The translations under genes and the position numbers were made by a program. The notes below the pieces were generated by a model. That model saw only the letters and a program-made list of their open reading frames with translations, was not told the origin of the DNA and searched no databases. This document shows positions 52,741 through 63,152 of a stretch of DNA of 64,000 bases, piece by piece; position 1 is the stretch's first letter, and the number at the start of each line of letters is the position of its first letter. This DNA is from a virus (lineage: Duplodnaviria; Heunggongvirae; Uroviricota; Caudoviricetes), in IMG/VR virus record IMGVR_UViG_2880395615_000008; one strand, written 5' to 3'.

Positions 52741-54236
52741 TGTTGTGTCTTGCAGTATTATATAGCCTATTATTTAGATTGAAGCCATCATAATCTATTG
52801 ATGTTAATGGTTTTTATTGTTTGTTGTTCAGCTTTTTATACTAATTTGAGCGAAACAAAAAGATAAAAAGTTGTTTTTCGTGTCTTTAAGTGATACCAGA
52901 TGGTATTGCGCTAAATGTACCAATGGGTATACCAAGAGCACTAAAAACAAAGGGGCAACCACTTTGTAACCCCTTGATTATTTGCAGAAGCGCAGAAAAT
53001 CGAACTCTGGAACCCTTTCGGGGCATCCTTTTTCAAGAATGAAGAAAAAAATAACTAAAAAATCAAGTTGTTAGGAAGTTATTCATGGCTAGTGTACCAA
53101 CTCTTTTCTGGGCTAATAGCTATGATTTGTTTGTATTATTTGTCTCTGTCTCTATTATTTTTGACATCCATGCGACTTCTGATATTGATAATCTCAGTTG
53201 TGGAGTTCTGTCTGCGCTTCCGGGAGGACGCATATCAAAACTACAGGATCTTCTGTTAAACACTGTAAAGCCATCTACATTGCATGTTGTTGAGTCTAAG
53301 ATACAATTTTTAGTGTTACGATAATGCTAGGGCGGAAAGTTTCTTCCACTCACTAAAAGTCGAATGCATTTACGGCTAATATTTTATGAGTCGGGAAATA
53401 ATGCAGACGGCTGTGTTTAATTAGATCTAGTGTGATTACAATCGGTGGTGCCGACACAGTACTTGTGGCTGTCTCAGCACGGAACTGTTTTGAAAAACAG
53501 AACCTTGATTAGGGCTGTGTCCACATTACGTAGGTAGGATCACCCCACAGGCACCACATGTCATGCATGGATTAGGATTGAATGATAAATCGTAAAGAAA
53601 ACTGCAACACCTCGCGTGTAGCACCTGGTTAGCGAACTTTCGAAAGTACGAGTATTGTATGATTTCCAGCAGTTATCAATTTTACGTATTAATCAGTGAA
53701 TCAACAACTCGTCAGCAGACTCTCTTTGTTGTGGAATTTTTTGGAACGTGTATAGGGTAGAAATTTTTGTTTTGGGACATGGTTGGGACGCCGTAGTACA
53801 TACGAACTCTGCCGAATAACGTATGATATTATTTTTTAATCTCTTGGAATACATTATAGAAACAGAATGCTCTTGGGCGATTTTTAGTGATTGTTTAAAT
53901 AGCCCTGTCATGCAGTTAAAGTGGCGGGCATCCTCTTCAAGGATGGTGATCCTCAACCGCACCCATTTAGGATGCGACTATTGTGGTAGAACAATGTAAA
54001 CCATAGTTAATCTGCGTGCGGATACATGCTTCATAGATAGGATATTCTGGTTTGGGTTGTGAATGTGTTGGTCATCGAGTGGACAATAAGGTAAGAGGAG
54101 TAACTCCTGCAAAACAAAAAAAGAGTTCAACAAAATCAATCAGTTAAAAACACGAGAGATCTGTATAAAAAAGCATCGTAAATTCTGTATTTTTCCTTTA
54201 AATATAATATGTTATTGAGTTTTGTAAAATCTACCA

Positions 54237-54356
54237 GTGTGGTACATGGATATCGATACCACGGCTAAGTATAAATCTGGTGTTACTACCGTGAAAGACT
54301 CGGTACGACTGGATCCGTGGGTGTTTATGTTCTCCGCAGGATATCGTTTTTAATTT
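54237..54356 (+). other. ompW: ompW 3' end copy at the prophage 1 attR / prophage 2 attL junction
   Basis: Identical to window 1-120 from the VWYMDID codons onward; upstream 54000-54236 is AT-rich non-coding. Confidence 0.55.
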
Positions 54357-54395
54357 TCTCTGCAAAACCTCTGCAAAACCCCTCTGCAAAACTGG
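54357..54395. repeat. Three direct copies of CTCTGCAAAAC (two at the prophage 1 site)
   Basis: ttttctctgcaaaacctctgcaaaacccctctgcaaaactgg. Confidence 0.7.
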
Positions 54396-54398
54396 TCA

Positions 54399-55529
54399 TC
54401 AAATGACCAGTTTTTTCCATTCCTTACCGCGTGCGTCGTTGTAAATATCGATCATTTTTTGATTCGAATGGCCTAGCAAAATTTTGGTATCAACCCCCTG
54501 CTCTCTGAACAATCGCTCTGATAAAGATCTCTGCTCATGGAAAGAGGGTGGGGTGCCATTAGCACGCCAGTTGTAATCCACAGAATCCCGGGCTTTTTTA
54601 AATGCAACGGTTAATGTTGCTGGCTTAACCATCCCGCCGCGCTTAGCTGTCCCTTTCGCGTGATGGTGGTGCAATAGCCACGGACTAAGAACGCAATCGC
54701 GGCAGGATGACACCACATCATCCAGGGTGAGATTTAATTTATCGCAACGCAGAGCCAGAGGGATGGCAATCCGGGTTCCTGTTTTTTGCTGTTCGACATG
54801 AAGATAACCATCCCGGATATCCGAAAATTGCATTTTGCAAATATCTGAAAGGCGCTGGCCTGTCATCAGTGCCAGCAGCATACCGCGCTGTAAAAAGTAA
54901 CCATCCTTTTCCGCTGCGTTATAAATCATCATCCACTCATCAAAAGTCAGTCGCTGTCTTGATATCCGTACCTGCGGTTTTTTTGCAGATTCTGCAGGGT
55001 TAAAGCCTGGCGGGACATCGCCCGTTTGCTGAGCTTCCCGGAAAACATCGATCAGTACTTTCCTGAAAATTTGTCCCATTCTGTTATGTCCTCTGGCCTT
55101 GTACTCTTCCAGTACTGATACCACATCTTTTACGGTTATGGCATCTAACGGTCTGGTGCCAAAACGTTCATCAAATACCCTGAGAGGGGCCGCTTTCTGT
55201 TTCAGCGTGTTGAGTTTGATCTCGCCGTTTTCATATCTTTCCTGTTGAATTTTTCTGTAATTATTCAGAAAAATGGTAACGGTTGATGAACCGCCGGTAT
55301 CACTAATAATTTTCTCCTGCAGACTGAGCATTTGTTCCATTTGCTGCCGGGCAAGACGGCTGTTCGCTTCTGCTGCAATAGTTTCTGCCAGTTTCTGGTC
55401 AATACTGCCGAGACCGTGATTTTTGCCTGTTATGGGATGCCTGTAACGCCAGTAAACTTTGTTATTTCTTTTGTCAAAATACGGAGATAATCCCGGAACA
55501 TCGGTTTTATATTTTCGCGGGCGCGCCAT
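54399..55529 (-). CDS. int: Lambdoid tyrosine integrase (376 aa), prophage 2
   Basis: Near-identical to 1..1284 copy but with normal stop (KEWKKLVI-stop). Confidence 0.9.
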   Translation of the reverse strand: MARPRKYKTDVPGLSPYFDKRNNKVYWRYRHPITGKNHGLGSIDQKLAETIAAEANSRLARQQMEQMLSLQEKIISDTGGSSTVTIFLNNYRKIQQERYENGEIKLNTLKQKAAPLRVFDERFGTRPLDAITVKDVVSVLEEYKARGHNRMGQIFRKVLIDVFREAQQTGDVPPGFNPAESAKKPQVRISRQRLTFDEWMMIYNAAEKDGYFLQRGMLLALMTGQRLSDICKMQFSDIRDGYLHVEQQKTGTRIAIPLALRCDKLNLTLDDVVSSCRDCVLSPWLLHHHHAKGTAKRGGMVKPATLTVAFKKARDSVDYNWRANGTPPSFHEQRSLSERLFREQGVDTKILLGHSNQKMIDIYNDARGKEWKKLVI

Positions 55530-55755
55530 CTTCCAGTATCCTCTTCAAAGCAGGGTGATCTGTGGCGATCACCTCCGGCTTGTTTACCATTCCGACAAAG
55601 CGAGCTTGCGGATCCACTCGCCAGCGTCTTCCAACTTTTTTGGGGAGAGGAAATATCATTCCGGCTTTAGCGTATTTACTTAACGTACTCGGAGTAGGGA
55701 CCGGTTCACTGAATTCCTCTTTTGCCCACTCAGTGAGCAGAATAAGTCTTGCCAT
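55507..55755 (-). CDS. xis: Excisionase-like protein, prophage 2
   Basis: Identical to 1262..1510. Confidence 0.5.
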   Translation of the reverse strand: MARLILLTEWAKEEFSEPVPTPSTLSKYAKAGMIFPLPKKVGRRWRVDPQARFVGMVNKPEVIATDHPALKRILEDGAPAKI

Positions 55756-55819
55756 GAGCGTCGTTCGCTAATCATGGTCGCCGCCACTATAGCTGGTGGG
55801 CAACGACCGGGGTTGAACA

Positions 55820-58264
55820 TTAAAAATCAGCCTGATTCGGGATCAGTTTTTGCCAGATAGCTGAAACGTATTTTGCCTGGTAACGGGCGTCATCCAGCGC
55901 ATTGTGGCGCTCACCTTCGAATGGGATAGCAGTTCTGGCATCGAAGTCTATGGCTTTCCCCAGCTCAACGATTGTGCGTACATCGCGATCGTTGTAGTAA
56001 CGCCACGGGCAGGGGATCCCCTGCCGTTCGTATGAACGGCGCAAAATCGTGTTGTCGAAGTTGGCTCCATTTCCCCAGACCTGAACAAAAAATTCACCGG
56101 AGTTTTCGTCGATAAATTCCCGCAATTGTAACAGTGCATCATCTAACGGGATTTCATCGGTCATAATGGCAGATTGCGCTTCGCGTGATTGCTTAAGCCA
56201 CCATTTAATGGTGTCCCGATCAATGACTCCGCCAGCAGTTTCCAGATCGATAGTCTTACTAAATTCCGGTCCCATATCTCCGGTTTGCGGATCGAAAAAT
56301 ATTGCACCTATTGAGATAATCGGGGCATCAGGATTTTTTCCCATGGTTTCAAGGTCGATCATTAGATGGTCACACGTCCTGCTGGTGGATGTGATAATGC
56401 GATGACCGTTCACCGTAATTAAGGGATCTGCCGTCTCGCCAGTTTCACTATCGCTGGCGTGGTCCTGAGCGCTGCCAGCATTCTCCTTGTGTGGATGTTC
56501 AGCGCCTTCCATTTTCTCCGAATCGTCTTCCTGAACTTCAACCAGGTTCTTGTCATCGAATGTTTCCTGGTATGTTGCGTCGCCCATCACCGCGCCACAA
56601 TCAGGGCAGTTGCCGCCACTCCTCTGACCGCAGGCGGTGCAGATCTTTTCCGGTTCCTGTTGCACTACTGGTTCAGGTTGTTTCGTTTCTGGCTCGTTTT
56701 GTAACGCATTTGGGCTGTTCTGTTCCGCTTTCTGGTCGTTCTGTTCCGTTTCTGGCTGATTCTGGTACACAGAATCGCGGGTCTGGATCCCCTTAATCCA
56801 TTTCGGATCATTCGGGTCGCTAATCCCTTCAACAAATTCTCCGCGAGAGGCAGCCAGTAATTTGTCTGCATCGACAGGATTTTGGGGCGGAATGTTTTTC
56901 CGGGCTTCATGGAGTTCTGCCCGCAGTTTCTGATATTTCGCATCAACAGAATTTATCTGTGGCTGAGCATCCATCGACTGCGTGTCCTGATTATGTTCAG
57001 TTGTATCCGGTTCCACTGCTTCAGTCGTTGCCTGTTCATCTGCCATTGCGCCAGATGGCTGCGGTTTTTCTTCATCATCCTGTTTTCCTTCTTTTGTTAC
57101 ACGCTGCGGCATTGGAGCAGAGGAGCGACCGCAGGCAATATCCACGATTTCTGGATCAGGGTTGGCATGGTCGGTTTCGGTCAGTACTTTGTTCAGATAT
57201 TCGGTAACACGGTGGGGAGTAGCCTCGATACCAATTGGTGCTTCTTTCACGGACGCAACCACTATCGCGCGGGAATAATCCAGGTGACCAGGCATGGCGA
57301 TGAATTTGTCACGAAAAACAGAAAAGGGCGGCTTATTATCTGAAACGATTTCTTCAATGCGTTTGGCGTGTGCCGGATGTGGATTGTAAATATCGATGTC
57401 CATTGAACGGGCCAGAACGCCAGCGGCAACGTCACGTTCCACTGACGCATCATCGTGGACAAAACCTTCACCGCGATCGGTAAGAATTCCTCCGCCAGCA
57501 TTAGCGCCGGATGGCGTGCGGCTGATGCGTAAAACACGATTTCCTTTCATCCACTCTTTTGTCAGCAGACCTCGATCGGTATAGTCAGCGTCCAGGTATG
57601 CTTCGAAAAAAGCAGTCATTAACCCCAGACTGGAATTAACGGGATTAGGGAAAACTTTGTCTGTGTCGCGTACCAGTTTGTGAAGGTCGCGAATCTCCAG
57701 CGGGTCGAGCAGCTTTGTGTTGTGGGAAATAGCCAGGGCAGTAACAGCAGGCAGTTCTTCAGCTCGTGCGATATGTAATGCCTGAAGTTCTTCCCGTGAA
57801 ACGTGCGTTACCGGTTTTTCGCTGCCATGTTGCGCAAGCCAGCGAATGGGCAGTTCCTGACCGGAAATCGGCAGGAGCATATTATCCTCAATCTCAGCCA
57901 TGTCTTCGCCATTGACGTTGGTATTGTCAGTGCTGGCTGGTTTGTCCTGAACTGAGGGGGAAGGCGCTATAAATATCATTGTGATGCCATCTTCTCCGCC
58001 TTTTTCATAGCGGTTGCAGAATTCAGTATCGAACACACCTTCAGGCGGCAGGTCATTAACAATGGGCAAATTCACGCGAACAGGTTTTTTGAAATCCTCT
58101 TCGTCAAATCCAGCATCGTCCATTGCGACAACACCCCGTGATATTGCAACCGATAATTTTTTTGCTGTGCGCCAGTAAAAACCGCCTTTAATCCCAAGGC
58201 GTTTTCTGACTTTGTCATTTTTGGCTTCGTAATACAGTGCAATTTCTTCTTTATCAGTGCTCAT
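55820..58264 (-). CDS. Large exonuclease-like early protein (C-terminal DEDDh exonuclease, zinc-ribbon), prophage 2 variant
   Basis: 814 aa; C-terminal third near-identical to 1575..4025; N-terminal about 400 aa unrelated. Confidence 0.6.
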   Translation of the reverse strand: MSTDKEEIALYYEAKNDKVRKRLGIKGGFYWRTAKKLSVAISRGVVAMDDAGFDEEDFKKPVRVNLPIVNDLPPEGVFDTEFCNRYEKGGEDGITMIFIAPSPSVQDKPASTDNTNVNGEDMAEIEDNMLLPISGQELPIRWLAQHGSEKPVTHVSREELQALHIARAEELPAVTALAISHNTKLLDPLEIRDLHKLVRDTDKVFPNPVNSSLGLMTAFFEAYLDADYTDRGLLTKEWMKGNRVLRISRTPSGANAGGGILTDRGEGFVHDDASVERDVAAGVLARSMDIDIYNPHPAHAKRIEEIVSDNKPPFSVFRDKFIAMPGHLDYSRAIVVASVKEAPIGIEATPHRVTEYLNKVLTETDHANPDPEIVDIACGRSSAPMPQRVTKEGKQDDEEKPQPSGAMADEQATTEAVEPDTTEHNQDTQSMDAQPQINSVDAKYQKLRAELHEARKNIPPQNPVDADKLLAASRGEFVEGISDPNDPKWIKGIQTRDSVYQNQPETEQNDQKAEQNSPNALQNEPETKQPEPVVQQEPEKICTACGQRSGGNCPDCGAVMGDATYQETFDDKNLVEVQEDDSEKMEGAEHPHKENAGSAQDHASDSETGETADPLITVNGHRIITSTSRTCDHLMIDLETMGKNPDAPIISIGAIFFDPQTGDMGPEFSKTIDLETAGGVIDRDTIKWWLKQSREAQSAIMTDEIPLDDALLQLREFIDENSGEFFVQVWGNGANFDNTILRRSYERQGIPCPWRYYNDRDVRTIVELGKAIDFDARTAIPFEGERHNALDDARYQAKYVSAIWQKLIPNQADF

Positions 58265-58356
58265 TGATAAACCTCATAACTATTTTAAGGTTGTACGAAT
58301 CCCTGCTATTGCTGGCATGCTTAATCAACGGGTATGGCGTTAATACGGCTGGCGGG

Positions 58357-58545
58357 TTATCCAGCCGGTATTTCGTTATTCAGGTACAGCGATACTTTGT
58401 TTAACGGGAGACATTCACCGGAAATTTTTTGCTCGTCTCTTGCCTGATGGCAGGATTCTTTACTGGCATAAATTCCGGTAATCACATTCTGTGGCTCACC
58501 TGTTATAAGAAAAACCGTCATCATCAGTGCAAACGCTGAACTCAC
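58357..58545 (-). CDS. Hypothetical small hydrophobic protein
   Basis: 62-aa ORF, homologue of 4118..4363. Confidence 0.3.
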   Translation of the reverse strand: MSSAFALMMTVFLITGEPQNVITGIYASKESCHQARDEQKISGECLPLNKVSLYLNNEIPAG

Positions 58546-58730
58546 TGCTGCCCTCCGAAAATGCCAAGTTCAAGAAGGGCAATTCTGGAGAGTATGGAAT
58601 TATCATTGAGAAGATAAGGCTCATATTTTCTCATCCTGATGGCGTCTTCAGTAAACTCCCGGTTACTGAGCAGAATACCAATATTAAAACACCCTTCAGA
58701 CGTATTAACGTTTGGTAGTGACGTTTCCAT
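58542..58730 (-). CDS. dicB: DicB-like cell-division inhibitor, diverged C-terminus
   Basis: METSLPNVNTSEGCFNIGILLSNREFTEDAIRMRKYEPYLLND...; N-terminal half conserved with prophage 1 copy. Confidence 0.6.
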   Translation of the reverse strand: METSLPNVNTSEGCFNIGILLSNREFTEDAIRMRKYEPYLLNDNSILSRIALLELGIFGGQQ

Positions 58731-58899
58731 TATCGCGTCCTCAACAATGAATTTTGTGATGCGGTGCCTGGTGCCTCCAGGTGACGTTAACCAGTTAACA
58801 ATTAACGCCGGATACAGAGAATCCACCCATAACACTGTTTTTGGTTTTAACTGTTCCGCGTGCGCTGAGCCGCATTCACCGCATCACAAAATTCACTTT

Positions 58900-58957
58900 A
58901 AAAAGGGCGGCAGAGCAGCCACGGAGTAAAACTGATACCGCCAAACGTCACCAGAAA
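58900..58957 (-). ncRNA. dicF: DicF small RNA (canonical-type)
   Basis: Minus strand reads TTTCTGGTGACGTTTGGCGGTATCAGTTTTACTCCGTGGCTGCTCTGCCGCCCTTTTT, about one substitution from remembered K-12 DicF. Confidence 0.8.
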
Positions 58958-59293
58958 ACTGATAACAGAGGGCGTTGCAGTGGGGTTGTCACTTAAGCGT
59001 ATGGTCAACCTGACAACCCGGCGTCCTCAAGGGGGAACAGAATAACCCCGCCACACTTACCGCCGCGCCATTTCGCGGATTGCCACAACCGGAAGCGCAC
59101 GGTCGAACTAAATTTAACGACACCGTACAGAGAGACCAATTTCGCCGTGCGCTTTCGTGTTATGCCCTGACTTTTCAGGGAAAGAGCCTTTCAGTAAACT
59201 GTCAGTACCGGATTCTTATCCGTGTCCGGCGCACGACCACACGTGACAGCGTGTTGGTCTCCATTTTTAACCCAGCCCTTAATGGAGGATAAA

Positions 59294-59599
59294 ATGCACT
59301 CTAAATCAATCAATCGATATTATGTCCATGTGCAGTTATTTGAAGCAACAATGGAACAGGAGAAAAAGTTCGAGACTCTGATGCCAAATTTTAAATACTC
59401 CAGGATGATTAATGAAGGTGACATTGAATATAAATTATTGCCAGGGGCATACGTTATTCAGTCAACGCTTAATGCGAATCAAATACTTGAACAAACCTTT
59501 TCTATTGCTAATTCAGTTGGTGCTAATGCTCACATTTTTGTTTGCCCTTATGATGAAAGTGCAACCCTTTTGCCTTGTGCTGATTTTAGCACTTACTAA
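59294..59599 (+). CDS. Hypothetical 101-aa protein, AT-rich moron antisense to leftward operon (prophage 2)
   Basis: ATG preceded by ggagg (aatggaggataaaATG); visibly AT-rich; converges on 59586..59903; unrelated in sequence to the equivalent ORF at 5053..5286. Confidence 0.4.
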   Translation: MHSKSINRYYVHVQLFEATMEQEKKFETLMPNFKYSRMINEGDIEYKLLPGAYVIQSTLNANQILEQTFSIANSVGANAHIFVCPYDESATLLPCADFSTY

Positions 59600-59903
59600 C
59601 TAAATTTAATTTATGTTCAAGTTCGGCTATTTGCATACGTAGTGCTTTAACCATTGTTTCATGATAAATCTCACTCACTCCACCTGGGTGTGGGGTGAAT
59701 TTAGGTGAATCATCTTTGTTTTCAGAACTCAGATTCTCTTCGTACAGCTTAATAAAGGAATTACGCACATTATGGGATATATTGTCGATGGTTTCTTTTT
59801 CTACGGTACTCAGGTCAAGAGTCGCCAGTTGGGAACGAACTATATTCGCTGCCATTTCCTGGAATTGCATTGGTAAATCTTTAAATTCCATCGTCAACCT
59901 CAT
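59586..59903 (-). CDS. Hypothetical early-left operon protein
   Basis: 105-aa ORF sharing N-terminus with 5264..5671. Confidence 0.4.
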   Translation of the reverse strand: MRLTMEFKDLPMQFQEMAANIVRSQLATLDLSTVEKETIDNISHNVRNSFIKLYEENLSSENKDDSPKFTPHPGGVSEIYHETMVKALRMQIAELEHKLNLVSKC

Positions 59904-60151
59904 CAGTCAGTGTTTCTGGCTAACCAGCGACGCGCGCCAGCTTCAGTTTTAAACGTTTTGCTTCTGGTATACGTCATCGCGGTAAACGTGCCGTCCAGGT
60001 TGGGGAATACTCCGTATACCAGAGATTCGTTGTTGCCAAGATTGAGCGTATCCATGTTGACCTCATTTGCCCTTAACGCCGGGGGGGCGGAACTAAGACC
60101 TGTCGCACCGTTGTGCTTTGATGGGATATATTGTTCTCTTAAGATGAACAT
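59903..60151 (-). CDS. Hypothetical early-left operon protein
   Basis: 82-aa ORF only. Confidence 0.35.
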   Translation of the reverse strand: MFILREQYIPSKHNGATGLSSAPPALRANEVNMDTLNLGNNESLVYGVFPNLDGTFTAMTYTRSKTFKTEAGARRWLARNTD

Positions 60152-60223
60152 ATGTCAACATTGTGAATGCGCAAGAGGCAAAAAAAACCGCCTTCCGGCG
60201 GTATTGTTTTGTAAAATAAAGAA

Positions 60224-60613
60224 TTATTTTTGTCGCGTTATTGGGTCAACGTATTCTGAGTAAAATTCGGTCAGTTTTTGAAGGCGCATTTGAAAAGCTG
60301 CCAGCATATTTCTACGCTCTACAGGTGGCAGGTTTCTGTAAACATCAAGCAGGGCTTTCTCATCATCATCAAGCGCCTCTCTGTTTGTATCTTCTTTTCC
60401 TGTCAGTAGCCAGGAAAGGGAAACATTTGTCGCTTCTGCAATTTTGGCTGCGGAATCTTTACTGATTGTCCCTCTTTTTTTCCAGGCGTTGACTGATGAG
60501 CGTCCTACACCAGCGATGCGCGCTAAATCTGAACCGCTTAAATGATGCTGTTGCGAGATCGTATCTAACCTTTCTGCCAGCGGGGTGTCGTATTGCTTTT
60601 TTCTCATGTCCAT
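60224..60613 (-). CDS. Prophage 2 repressor, HTH XRE family (different immunity type)
   Basis: 129 aa with HTH (LSGSDLARIAGVGRSSVNAWKKRGTISKDSAAKIAEATNVSLSWLL); divergent from cro-like gene. Confidence 0.65.
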   Translation of the reverse strand: MDMRKKQYDTPLAERLDTISQQHHLSGSDLARIAGVGRSSVNAWKKRGTISKDSAAKIAEATNVSLSWLLTGKEDTNREALDDDEKALLDVYRNLPPVERRNMLAAFQMRLQKLTEFYSEYVDPITRQK

Positions 60614-60715
60614 TTAGCAATTATAACCGTTCAGTGAACACTAACAATTCCTCGTAGTGTTGACTTATGTTCTCTTTAAGTGAACAATGTTGTGGCTGAT
60701 TGAATTGGAGGTTGT

Positions 60716-60991
60716 ATGACAGCATTGGACAAGGCAATAAAGATTGCTGGTGGTATTCGTCCGCTAGGGCGTGCAATAGGGGCTTGGCCGTCTCAAATAC
60801 ACAAATGGGCAAATGAATACAATGGTCGAGTGCCGACAGGGGAGCGGGTTCGTCAAATTTATATTGCAACTGGGGTGACTCCTCATGAATTGCGACCAGA
60901 TTTATATCCGAATCCAACCGACGGGTTGCCTGCTGGAGATAAGGCTAACACACAAAATACACCGGAGTTGATTCATGAAAATCAAGCATGA
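60716..60991 (+). CDS. Cro-like DNA-binding protein (prophage 2)
   Basis: 91 aa; ...GVTPHELRPDLYP motif; first rightward gene. Confidence 0.5.
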   Translation: MTALDKAIKIAGGIRPLGRAIGAWPSQIHKWANEYNGRVPTGERVRQIYIATGVTPHELRPDLYPNPTDGLPAGDKANTQNTPELIHENQA

Positions 60992-61400
60992 ACACATCCG
61001 CATGGCGATGAATGCCTGGGCGCGTCCTGATGGCGAAAAAGTTCCAGCAGCTGGAATAACCCAGGCTTATTTTGAGTTGGGTATGACGTTCCCAGAACTG
61101 TATGACGACAGCCATCCGGAAGCCCTGGCTCGCAATACCCAGAAAATTTTCCGCTGGGTAGAGAAAGACACCCCTGATGCTGTTGAAAAAATGCAGGCTC
61201 TGTTACCGGCGATCGAAAAGGCGATGCCGCCTTTGCTGGTGGCCCGTATGCGCAGCCACAGTTCTGAATATTACCGTGAGATCGTCGAACGGAGGGATCG
61301 GCTGGTGAAGGATGTCGATGATTTTGTTGCGTCAGCGGTTGTTTTGTATGACCAGATGAATCGCGGCGGCCCGGCAGGGAATGCTGTGGTGATGCACTAA
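60975..61400 (+). CDS. YdaT-like protein (cII-position)
   Basis: 141 aa starting MKIKHEHI, resembling remembered Rac YdaT N-terminus. Confidence 0.45.
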   Translation: MKIKHEHIRMAMNAWARPDGEKVPAAGITQAYFELGMTFPELYDDSHPEALARNTQKIFRWVEKDTPDAVEKMQALLPAIEKAMPPLLVARMRSHSSEYYREIVERRDRLVKDVDDFVASAVVLYDQMNRGGPAGNAVVMH

Positions 61401-61422
61401 AAGCACGGTGTTCGGGGGTTTT

Positions 61423-62376
61423 ATGAGCAGCAAGCTTCATGGTCTTGTCTGGGAAGGGTGCGCCTTCACCGGCATGATCTTATCCAGGGTGGCGGTTATG
61501 GCCCGTCTTGCAGACTACAGCAATGACGAGGGCGTGTCATGGCCTGCCATTGAAACTATCCGGCGTCAGATCGGTGCAAGAAGTGAATCCACAGTGAAAT
61601 CGGCTATTGCAGAACTGGCGAAAGAGGGCTGGCTGACGAAGGAAGAGCGTAAGGTCGGTGGGCGTAACGTAAGCAATATCTATCGGCTTAATGTGGAAAA
61701 ACTTGAAGCAGCTGCAGCGGCGGCGCGTGAGGCATATAAACCAAAAAGAAAAATTAGCCAGGCAAAAAATGACCCGTCAAATATTGCCCCCTCAACGGTT
61801 GGCCCGTCAAATGTTGATGGATCAACTGTTGATAAAAAACTGCGGATTAGGGGGGCGATGATTGACCCCGATCCGTCAGTATTAAAACCTGATCCGTCAG
61901 ATAAAAGATCTTCTTGTCCGGACGTTTCACTGCCGGACGAAAAACAATCATCACCAGTTGAGCGATTTCTGGAGAAACACCCGGATGCGCATACCTGGAA
62001 TGTACCGAAGCGACAGTGGGGAACCCGGGAGGATTTGACGTGTGCACAGTGGATCTGGGGACGGGTTGTTGCGTTGTATGAACAGGCCGCCAGTGATGAT
62101 GGGGAGGTATCACGCCCCAGAGAGCCTAACTGGACGACCTGGGCGAATGATGTGCGCATGATGCGTATGCTGGATGGACGTAGTCACCGACAGATTTGTG
62201 AAATGTTTGGGCGTGTTCAACGGGATTCGTTCTGGGTAAAAAACATCATGAGTCCGGCAAAACTCCGGGAAAAATGGGATGAGCTGGTTATTCGCCTGGG
62301 GCGTTCGCCCGCGCAGCGTTGCGTGAATCATATTTCTGAACCGGATACCGAAATTCCGCCGGGGTTCAGGGGGTAG
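61423..62376 (+). CDS. Replication initiator (wHTH, O-like functional analogue)
   Basis: Start at MSSKLHGL; wHTH region SWPAIETIRRQIGARSESTVKSAIAELAKEGWL; upstream of DnaC-like gene. Confidence 0.5.
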   Translation: MSSKLHGLVWEGCAFTGMILSRVAVMARLADYSNDEGVSWPAIETIRRQIGARSESTVKSAIAELAKEGWLTKEERKVGGRNVSNIYRLNVEKLEAAAAAAREAYKPKRKISQAKNDPSNIAPSTVGPSNVDGSTVDKKLRIRGAMIDPDPSVLKPDPSDKRSSCPDVSLPDEKQSSPVERFLEKHPDAHTWNVPKRQWGTREDLTCAQWIWGRVVALYEQAASDDGEVSRPREPNWTTWANDVRMMRMLDGRSHRQICEMFGRVQRDSFWVKNIMSPAKLREKWDELVIRLGRSPAQRCVNHISEPDTEIPPGFRG

Positions 62377-62382
62377 CGCATC

Positions 62383-63123
62383 ATGAAAAACATTACGTCA
62401 GGTGGTGTTCTGGCAAGAATCAGCAGATTTGTGCCGCAGGATGCAATCCCTCCGTACCGTACGGTGGCGGAGTGGCGGGAATGGCAGCTTGCTGAAGGGC
62501 GTAAGCGAAGCGAGGAGGTTAATCGTCTGAATCATCAGACGCGGGTTGAAAAAATCATTAACCGCTCCGGTATCCAGCCGCTTCACCGGAAGTGTACGTT
62601 CTGTAACTACCGGGTGCAGAACGCTGGTCAGCGCCATGCCCTGAGTCAGGCGAAATCCATTGCGGCAGAGCTGGAAGGCGGCTGTACGAATTTTGTGTTC
62701 AGTGGCCGGCCTGGCACAGGAAAAAACCACCTGGCGGCGGCGATAGGCAATCGGCTGATGGAGAAGGGGCGCAGCGTAATTATCATCACTGTGTCTGATG
62801 TCATGAGTGTGTTGCACGACAGTTACGACAACGGCAAATCAGGTGAAAAATTTTTACAGGAGCTTTGCGGGGTGGATTTGCTGGTCCTGGATGAAATTGG
62901 CATGCAGCGGGATACGCGTAATGAGCAGGTCACGCTTAATCAGATTGTTGACCGCAGAACGGCATCGTTACTCAGTGTGGGGATGCTGACAAATCTTAAT
63001 CATGCAGCGATGAATACACTTCTCGGCGAGCGGGTGATGGACCGCATGTCCATGAACGGAGGTCGCTGGGTGACGTTTAACTGGGAGAGCTGGCGTCCGA
63101 ACGTCAGCCAGCACAGGAACTGA
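62383..63123 (+). CDS. DnaC-like helicase loader (AAA+ ATPase)
   Basis: Walker [16 protein letters not shown], Walker B LLVLDEIG. Confidence 0.75.
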   Translation: MKNITSGGVLARISRFVPQDAIPPYRTVAEWREWQLAEGRKRSEEVNRLNHQTRVEKIINRSGIQPLHRKCTFCNYRVQNAGQRHALSQAKSIAAELEGGCTNFVFSGRPGTGKNHLAAAIGNRLMEKGRSVIIITVSDVMSVLHDSYDNGKSGEKFLQELCGVDLLVLDEIGMQRDTRNEQVTLNQIVDRRTASLLSVGMLTNLNHAAMNTLLGERVMDRMSMNGGRWVTFNWESWRPNVSQHRN

Positions 63124-63152
63124 GAAGTAATTTTTATCCGGAGGAAATTTTA

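Noticed and set aside
53068-53324. Small plus-strand ORFs in the AT-rich right-end region
   Set aside because: Hydrophobic low-complexity translation of AT-rich DNA; kept only as part of the unexplained-region finding.
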